From positions 1,760,001 to 1,824,000 of the forward strand of contig CAWDFP010000006.1 of NCBI GenBank assembly GCA_963801605.1: a DNA stretch of 64,000 nt, in the 5' to 3' direction. Under the pieces are notes generated by a model. That model did not search any database. It saw only the letters and a list, made by a program, of their open reading frames with translations, and was not told the origin of the DNA. This document shows positions 57,264 to 64,000 of this stretch, piece after piece. Position 1 is the first letter of the stretch; each line of letters begins with the position of its first letter. Made by a program: the position numbers and the translations under genes. The stretch is from an uncultured candidate division Zixibacteria bacterium (GTDB taxonomy: Bacteria; Zixibacteria; MSB-5A5; UBA10806).

Positions 57264-59066
57264 CTACGGCTTATTCCGCAGAAAAGTCGCCTCACCATCC
57301 AATGCTCGGAGAAGGCTCTTTTTATTGTCTAAATATGTTGATAATTCCTGAGGCGAGAAGGTTTTCGGAGGCAGATACAATTCCAGTTGAACCAATAAGG
57401 AATCATCATGCGAGCGATTCAAAATCTTATAGCTGAAATTATCATAATCCAGGCCGGCCGATTTTTCTTTTGCCAGGGAATAGACGGGTTGAGCCAATTG
57501 GACCTGGTATGATACCTGGCATAATAAATTCCTCTTGAGTACGGTCGGCCAGTAGCGGGAGGTGTCGGGTTTGATGACATCACGAAGAAATTCCAGGCCC
57601 CAGGGTTTAAAGGCTACAACACTATCCCGATCAACGGCGAATCTTCTGATGTTGATATCGCCGGTCAATTTGATTTCGTCTGACGCAGCCGAATCCTCGA
57701 CGATTTTCCGAAATGTGCAGGTGGGAAGCATAGCCTCAACAAAACCTCTGGTCACCTTTTCTTTATCGAGCGTTCTAGTGTAATCATAAAGCCATTTCCA
57801 TTGTAATGGCTCGCGTCCTTTCATCCTTAGATTGGTCTTGCCGACCAGAATGCCATCGGGGGTCATGTCGCCATTAATAACTATCGATAGAGTATCCGGC
57901 TCAATAGGGGCTGTTCCCAATCTCCTTGGGTTGGCGTTGGGCAAAATCGGATAGGCGAGGCATCCGAAAAGTTGAGTTGGAAGATATCCCAGAGGGCAAT
58001 ATTCCGCAGTCAGGTCCTGATAGGCGGTATCACCCTTAGATGTGATATAGGCGGCGATCATGTGATTGAACATTCCCTGCGACGGAAAATCGATATTGCC
58101 GTAATAATCGTCGCTCGCCAGAACCAGCACCTGCCAGGATTGGTATCCGGCAATCCGTATCCAGTTCATAAATAGGTTGGCCAGCCCCTTACAGTCACCA
58201 TACCCTTTGCTCCAAACGTCATCAGGCAAAGACGGGACATACGATCCCTTGCCGATTTCGATAGCGACATAGTGGCACTGCTTGTCAATGGCGGCCAGGA
58301 TTTGTTCAGGAGTGGAGGCAATTGCCAGCATTTTAGCCGTATCGATTGCGGTCTGACTGGTTACCAACTGCTCCTGCGCCCAGCGGTAAACATCCTGCCA
58401 TTCATGGATATCTGCCTTATCGGTTTTCGATTCGAAAAGATACCATAATCCGGGAAGGAAATCGGTGGGGGCTTTTTCAAATTTGTTTCTGGCTTTGAGA
58501 TTATACCATGTAAATGTCATCTTTTGAAGGCTATCGGTGCGGACGGGCTCACCGCGATCGATACTATATTTCAATCGCCACTTATCTTTTGGATATGAAA
58601 TTGTTATCAGGGTCGTATCGACGGGCAGGTCTTCAACGGCAGCCAGATAATCGCCGCCCAATCCATCCCGTTCCTCGAGTTCGAAAAGGCAATCGATTTC
58701 GGTTCCGGGTTCTATCTTGTCAAAATCCCACTGATAGAATTTGGAATCGGAAACAAGTTCGAAAGGTTGACTTGCAGAAAGCAGAATGCCGTCTTTCTTG
58801 GTATATTCCTTTGCTTTGGGCTCTTTGCCTTTTATCGTAATAAGAACATTCCTTAACTCGCCCAGATGAGGAACCGCTATTTGCCGATTGCTGAATTTTT
58901 CAGGATCGACATCTCCAAAAATGTAATAATGCGTATGGATACTTGTCTTCTTGACTTTGCCATCAAATTTGATACTGATTTCATTTCGACTATAATGGCT
59001 AATCTCAGCCGATGAAACCCCAACAAGACACAATCCAATTAAAAAGGAGGCTAATAAGATTTTCAA
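57264..59066 (-). CDS. Secreted DUF3857 + transglutaminase-like protein (active-site Cys present)
   Basis: HYVAIEIG.G, GYGDCKG, FNHMIA, DLT; signal peptide from probable TTG start. Confidence 0.8.
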   Translation of the reverse strand: MKILLASFLIGLCLVGVSSAEISHYSRNEISIKFDGKVKKTSIHTHYYIFGDVDPEKFSNRQIAVPHLGELRNVLITIKGKEPKAKEYTKKDGILLSASQPFELVSDSKFYQWDFDKIEPGTEIDCLFELEERDGLGGDYLAAVEDLPVDTTLITISYPKDKWRLKYSIDRGEPVRTDSLQKMTFTWYNLKARNKFEKAPTDFLPGLWYLFESKTDKADIHEWQDVYRWAQEQLVTSQTAIDTAKMLAIASTPEQILAAIDKQCHYVAIEIGKGSYVPSLPDDVWSKGYGDCKGLANLFMNWIRIAGYQSWQVLVLASDDYYGNIDFPSQGMFNHMIAAYITSKGDTAYQDLTAEYCPLGYLPTQLFGCLAYPILPNANPRRLGTAPIEPDTLSIVINGDMTPDGILVGKTNLRMKGREPLQWKWLYDYTRTLDKEKVTRGFVEAMLPTCTFRKIVEDSAASDEIKLTGDINIRRFAVDRDSVVAFKPWGLEFLRDVIKPDTSRYWPTVLKRNLLCQVSYQVQLAQPVYSLAKEKSAGLDYDNFSYKILNRSHDDSLLVQLELYLPPKTFSPQELSTYLDNKKSLLRALDGEATFLRNKP

Positions 59067-61020
59067 TTTTTCACCACCGTGATAGCAGAAAAATCGCATT
59101 TTTTCGCCCCTTGAAGGAATTTTTCGAAACTGGGGGTAAACTGCGGATCGAATAGCTTCTGATTCCGGCTGTATTGCCTCCGCACCGTAAGGCGCGATTG
59201 GGTAGAATCGTAATCTGTTAATAGCTTATAAGTTAGAAGAGTCATATCAACCGCCAGGTTAAGCCCAGCGATATTGGCCGGATGGTAGAGGTTTCCGAAA
59301 TTCCATTCGACAGTTGTAACATAGCGGGCTTTGGTGTTAAAATAGATCGGGTATTTCCGAGGCGGTTTGAGATCAAGGGAAGTATTGTCGAATGACATTC
59401 CAGGATAGACATCGAGTTCGAAATCGGGCTCTTTGACATCGACAAATTCGGGAAGCTCAACCTCGCATGACACCTGAAACATTTCGGGTTTCTGAACAGA
59501 ATCCGGAGCCAGGGCAAACGATTTTACTCCTTTTTTATCGTCCCTGAAAAACAGTTGATTTAGATAGGTTTTGCCTTCTTCAATGCCTTTCTTTTTAAAT
59601 ATTCGCCGGGCTTCAATGGCAGACTGATTATGGCAGGTGACAATTCCGTTTCCCGTAAGAGTTCCATTATCGGCCATATTTAGCTTTAGATCGGCCATGA
59701 CGCCGCTGGTCTTTTCAAAGTTAGGGGTATAGGTAATGAATGTATCAGTTGCCATGGGACGGCACATCAGGCGCTCCGATAATGCTACATCGAGATGCCA
59801 ACCTCTCCACCGGGGTCTCCGGGATCGAGGAAAAGCGAATCTCCTGGTATCCAGGTCAGGGCGTTATCGAACATCATTCGCGATGGAACCTGAGGCATCG
59901 GGCTGTTCTCGGCGTTATCGGAACAAACCCAAACAACTTCGGACTCGATCCCCATGTGTTTGAGAATCGCCCAAAGCACGATCGCTTTTTCTTCCGGGTC
60001 CATATATTTTTGTTTCATCAGATCGCTTATATCGTAAGGGGCGCCATAAACCCAGAACAGCCGGCTGTCACCCCATCTATCTCTGACCAGGTCGTGAGCG
60101 AGTTTGATTCGTTGACTTCGGTCACTGGTCACCGCCATCAGGCTATCGGCAATTTTCCTGGCTTTCTTCGAAAAATCGAAAGCGTTCTTAAATCCTTTTC
60201 TATAATCTTCCAGGAGAACCTTCCAACTGCCGGCTAAATCCATTTCGGTGCCGAGATAATTGAAGCCTTTCAAATTAATCCACAGGTCGGTTGCCAGGTT
60301 TCTTTCCGGTAGAGGATAAGTCTCATTTTCAATTGCCGGGATATTACGGGCCTCACAGATGAAGTTGTCGTCGTGGAAATAGGGGATAGGATTAATCAGC
60401 TCGCCGTTGGAGATGGCGTAGCTATAGTGGTAGCTGTAGTATTGCGATGGTTTGGGATTCATGGTAAAGCGCGCGATGCCGACCGGTATATCTTCCTGGA
60501 AACGGAAAACGGGAGGGGTGATCGAGCGCAGGTAGACGGTTCTAATAATAACATCGATAACCGAACCGGCGGTGACGCTGGGCACCGCAAAAGATTTGGC
60601 AGCCCATCGTAAATATCCTTTTTCGCTTTTGAGTATTTCCTCGATATGAACATCCTTTGAGTCCAGCTTAGTTTGCCGTCCGGTGGAATCGTAGCTGCAG
60701 GCTTCAATCGAGGTGATATCCCGGCCGCCATCGAAATATTCTCTGAACTGGGCGTAAGACAATCCTCTGTCGGTGTAAATTTTAATTCGCTTGCGGGAGA
60801 TGACATTAAGGTCGCCGGAGACAAACAAAAATTCCATCTCCTTTTGAACCATCATGGCATCAGCGGAACTATCGAGGGGGCAGTACTTCTGATTCAAAAG
60901 CTCCGGGGACGGCTTGTTCCAGTCAAGCTTCTGGAAATTCTTTGAGGCCTCCTCGGCATTTTGCGCGCCGGCTTGTGAATAAATGCTAAGGGCGAATAAA
61001 AATGCAACCAATGGTTTCAT
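59063..61020 (-). CDS. Secreted DUF3857/transglutaminase-like partner (no catalytic Cys); frameshift ~59794
   Basis: MKPLVAF signal peptide with RBS, KRIKIYT.RG, PSVTAGSVID, FLDP; C-terminal half continues in ORF 59063-59767. Confidence 0.72.
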
Positions 61021-61356
61021 TTGTGGCTCCTGCTTTTCAATCGACATTTCATTTGCACATAGAAGTTGCGATTCGCCCCCAACCGCATTTTGGATTAATC
61101 GATTCAACTAAATTTAGTTGCCGGAATCGGCATCAACCGCATTTTCAGGATAAAACAAATTTGTCTTAAAAAATACAATCCCCGCCAAAAGGAATCAACG
61201 ATTATCTCATCTTTTATCGAATATTTTAATATTTTTTGTAAAAATCTTATTGACAAATGGCTCCACGAGATTTATTCTTTTAATGTACCATTTGTCCCCG
61301 TGATTGCGGGTGGGTTGGGATACCATATAGCAACATACGATAACGGAGGTAGGTTT

Positions 61357-62997
61357 ATGAAAAATTTGCCAATTTTGTTGCTTTTGGAGTTGACGATCGT
61401 GGCTGTCATTGGGTCGGAATCTTTTGCCCAGTCACCGGGAGATACGATCGGGCAAACCCAATATGGTTATCAAAGCAATGGTTCTACCGGGCGACGAGTT
61501 GCCTGCGATGATCAGGGATATAGGCAGTTCATCTGGACTTATGCAGAGCCTTATCCCGGCCTGAGGTGGGTAAGATATGCATGTCTTGATCCAGACAATA
61601 ACCTCATTCAGGGACCGGTCAGCTATCGTAATGGAACTGGCTTTGCCCAGATTAGTCTGATGAGCGATAGCCGTGCTGTTTGTGTTTACCATCAGTCTAC
61701 GGCTAACGCCGAATCACTGTTCTGCGCAATTGATCAATTCCGATGTTTGGACGCTTTTGATACTCGTCACCCGCCGAATAGAATAGGGGCTAACAAGTTG
61801 CTATGGCCTTTTGTATCAATTGATCATAATGACCGAGTGCAGTTGGTGGCCACCACGTCTACTAATGGGCTGGCTTATACCTATGCCCCGATGGGCTACA
61901 CCCGATCTAATAATGGTGGCACTACATGGGTTTCCATAACCGCCGTTGATACTGTAAGAACTGTATCTCCGATAATAGTTGCTAGCAAGGTATCCGATAA
62001 AGTAGCCATTGTTTATAATCACCCTACGGATTCGACCTCAGCCAGAAACAATGTTTATTATATAGAATCGGCTGATGGTATCACTTGGAACAACTTTACG
62101 CCCAAAATTAATATCACCGGTTATGGCACAAATGGTGATTCCCTATATGCATGGAACGAAGTCAGTGCCGTTTACGACTACAATGACAATCTGCATATTA
62201 TCTGGAGCGCGCAGTATGTTTCAGGTTCCCCAGGTTCAGCGCCAAGATTGATCGTACCAGGCACCCGTCTTTACCATTGGGTAAGCAACACAAATGTAAT
62301 TAGTATAGTTGATAGATACGACACCACATGGCCCGAATCCGGATGCAATTTTGAGGATGGTTCTTTTATCTATTCCCAATACTCCATCGCTGTAGATTTG
62401 GCGAATCTTCTAATAATTGCCTACACAAGTTGGGATTCTACAGACTGCTCGGCTGCAGGATATGCCAATGGCGATATCTACTTACAAGCTTCTAACAATT
62501 ACGGTTCAACTTGGACTCCCAAAATGAACGTTACAAATTCGCGTACACCCGGATGTGCTTCTGGCGGTTGTGCATCGGATATTTTTCCATCATTAGCTGA
62601 AAAAATTAGTTTTGGGCCGTATGCGCATATCTTTTATGTCTGCGATAGATCAGGAGGCGGGGAGGTAACCGATTATCCTTTGCTTTATATTAAAGTGTTA
62701 GCAGAATCCATTGATGATATTCCAGCGCTGCCTGCAGGCTTTGCTCTCTCCCAAAACTACCCCAACCCCTTTAATGCTCAAACATCTATTTCTTTTACGC
62801 TGCCCTATCGATGTTCGGTCAATCTATCGATTTATGACATTCTGGGGCGAAAGCAAACGATCTTGATTGATGGAGTCCAGGAAGCAGGACAACATCAAGT
62901 GATATGGGACGCATCCAATTTTGCATCGGGTGTATATTATGCGCGGCTGCAAACCGAACAGGTCAGCCAAAACGTTAAAATGGTCGTCCTGAAGTAG
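61357..62997 (+). CDS. Secreted Asp-box (BNR) beta-propeller protein with FlgD-Ig/T9SS-type C-terminal domain
   Basis: Signal peptide, RSNNGGTTW / ESADGITW / ASNNYGSTW boxes, LSQNYPNPFN...KMVVLK. Confidence 0.78.
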   Translation: MKNLPILLLLELTIVAVIGSESFAQSPGDTIGQTQYGYQSNGSTGRRVACDDQGYRQFIWTYAEPYPGLRWVRYACLDPDNNLIQGPVSYRNGTGFAQISLMSDSRAVCVYHQSTANAESLFCAIDQFRCLDAFDTRHPPNRIGANKLLWPFVSIDHNDRVQLVATTSTNGLAYTYAPMGYTRSNNGGTTWVSITAVDTVRTVSPIIVASKVSDKVAIVYNHPTDSTSARNNVYYIESADGITWNNFTPKINITGYGTNGDSLYAWNEVSAVYDYNDNLHIIWSAQYVSGSPGSAPRLIVPGTRLYHWVSNTNVISIVDRYDTTWPESGCNFEDGSFIYSQYSIAVDLANLLIIAYTSWDSTDCSAAGYANGDIYLQASNNYGSTWTPKMNVTNSRTPGCASGGCASDIFPSLAEKISFGPYAHIFYVCDRSGGGEVTDYPLLYIKVLAESIDDIPALPAGFALSQNYPNPFNAQTSISFTLPYRCSVNLSIYDILGRKQTILIDGVQEAGQHQVIWDASNFASGVYYARLQTEQVSQNVKMVVLK

Positions 62998-63009
62998 TAT
63001 CGAGGTTAA

Positions 63010-63033
63010 TAAAGCGCGGTCGAACGCTTTTTT
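63010..63033 (+). terminator. Intrinsic terminator
   Basis: AAAGCG-CGGTCGAA-CGCTTT followed by T run. Confidence 0.55.
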
Positions 63034-63211
63034 AAGTTAGTCAAAATGGAATTTAAGATTGCTATGTTCGAAGCATGGCAATTTGCTTCTATTTTAGCCT
63101 TGCTAAATCCGTTATAAATTGTTAATTAAATAGGACCAAAAGAGGTGTTATTTTGGTTTCCGACTGGTTACGTTTTACAGGGGGCTGGGCAGGCAATCTT
63201 TGGAGGATAAA

Positions 63212-63844
63212 ATGAGCAAATTCGAGAAAATCTTGATTGTTTTGCTGATGGGCTCACTATGGGGCGCGCTGGAGCTGTTCGGCGGTGATGCCATGCGTGC
63301 GCTGGGAATACCCAATAAGTCGGCCTTCCTGTTCGCACTGGGCTTGATAATTCTCTACGCTTCAAAACGGATGGTTGATTTTACCGGTTCGGTAATTATG
63401 ATGGCCCTTATCGCGGGCCTGTTCAAGACAGCATCCGCTCATTTTTACGCCTGTCAATTTGCGGCCGTGATGATTAACGGCGCTGTATTCGATATTTCAT
63501 ACAAGGTGTTTAAGAATCAGCTCGATTCCAGCCCTATTTACAGATCAATAGCTGCTCCGATTATCGCTTATATGTCATACACGATATTTGCGGTAGCTGC
63601 AACCTACGCAATAGGCGGACCGGAATGGCACGGCTCGGGCTTGCAGGGAATCGCTGATTATTTGGCGGGAAGCGGCCTGATTGCGGCAGCAGCGTCAATC
63701 GTGACGATCAATCTTGGATATTATCTGGGCGGCGTATTACGGCCCATAGTTGTCGAAAAGCGAACCGGAATACCTGTGTCATTGATGAAGATATCATCGC
63801 TGGTGATAGTGGTCGCCATCTGGGTCGCCGGTCAAGTCTATTAA
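63212..63844 (+). CDS. Multi-TM membrane protein, possibly ECF S-component-like
   Basis: About 6 hydrophobic helices, GSLWGALE N-terminal motif, GGAGG RBS. Confidence 0.45.
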   Translation: MSKFEKILIVLLMGSLWGALELFGGDAMRALGIPNKSAFLFALGLIILYASKRMVDFTGSVIMMALIAGLFKTASAHFYACQFAAVMINGAVFDISYKVFKNQLDSSPIYRSIAAPIIAYMSYTIFAVAATYAIGGPEWHGSGLQGIADYLAGSGLIAAAASIVTINLGYYLGGVLRPIVVEKRTGIPVSLMKISSLVIVVAIWVAGQVY

Positions 63845-63867
63845 TTGCTTTTAAGTTAAGGGGCATT

Positions 63868-64000
63868 ATGGAAACTAAAAGGCTTCGAGTCATTCCCGGT
63901 AAATGCAGCGGCTGCCGTTTGTGTACGCAAATATGCGCTCTCAGCCATTTTGATGTTATCAATCCTAAGAAAGCAAGTTTGCGTATCGAGGCGCGTTTTC
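63868..64000 (+). CDS. 4Fe-4S dicluster ferredoxin-type protein (3'-truncated by window edge; not in ORF track)
   Basis: METKRLRVIPGKCSGCRLCTQICALSH...NPKKASLRI: CxxCxxCxxxC motif. Confidence 0.8.
   Translation, partial: METKRLRVIPGKCSGCRLCTQICALSHFDVINPKKASLRIEARF

Noticed and set aside
63034..63211. Cobalamin riboswitch upstream of the S-component-like gene
   Set aside because: No B12-box or GCCACTG/GGGAAG elements; only a TTGCTATG/CATGGCAA imperfect dyad

Overview
64-kb chromosomal window from a diderm bacterium of moderate GC. Two secreted proteins end in an NYPNPFN...KMxxLK sorting-type tail, and lolCDE and mcsA-mcsB-clpC are present, which suggests an FCB-related candidate lineage such as Zixibacteria (inference only). 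Housekeeping blocks are gpsA-xseB-dxs-nadK-recN-pgsA-like, comEA-pilM-like-rsmD-coaD-lysS-lolC/E-lolD, mcsA-mcsB-clpC and cyclophilin-dxr-rseP. Envelope loci include a split MprF + AcvB aminoacyl-PG operon, an rfbBADC/GT2/exosortase-type hydrolase pair/SGNH cluster next to tRNA-Met, a DGC-nagZ-anmK-spoIID operon, an NRAMP-like/MgtE-CBS/micro-protein module and a DUF3857 transglutaminase pair. There are two tRNAs (Met-CAT, Leu-CAG); I found no CRISPR array, transposase, integrase or rRNA. Seven to eight single-base frameshifts look like consensus errors. The most unusual signal is a set of intact proteins with rewired catalytic or selectivity motifs: a 5-TM membrane protein fused to a MerB-fold domain lacking the MerB cysteines (in a fabL-X-yhhQ-WYL operon), a divergently transcribed Fe-S PD-(D/E)XK protein lacking its catalytic acids with a palindromic operator in its promoter, a KirBac channel with TLGAS instead of TxGYG, and a GH57 lacking its nucleophile. 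All family assignments come from motif recognition, not database searches.
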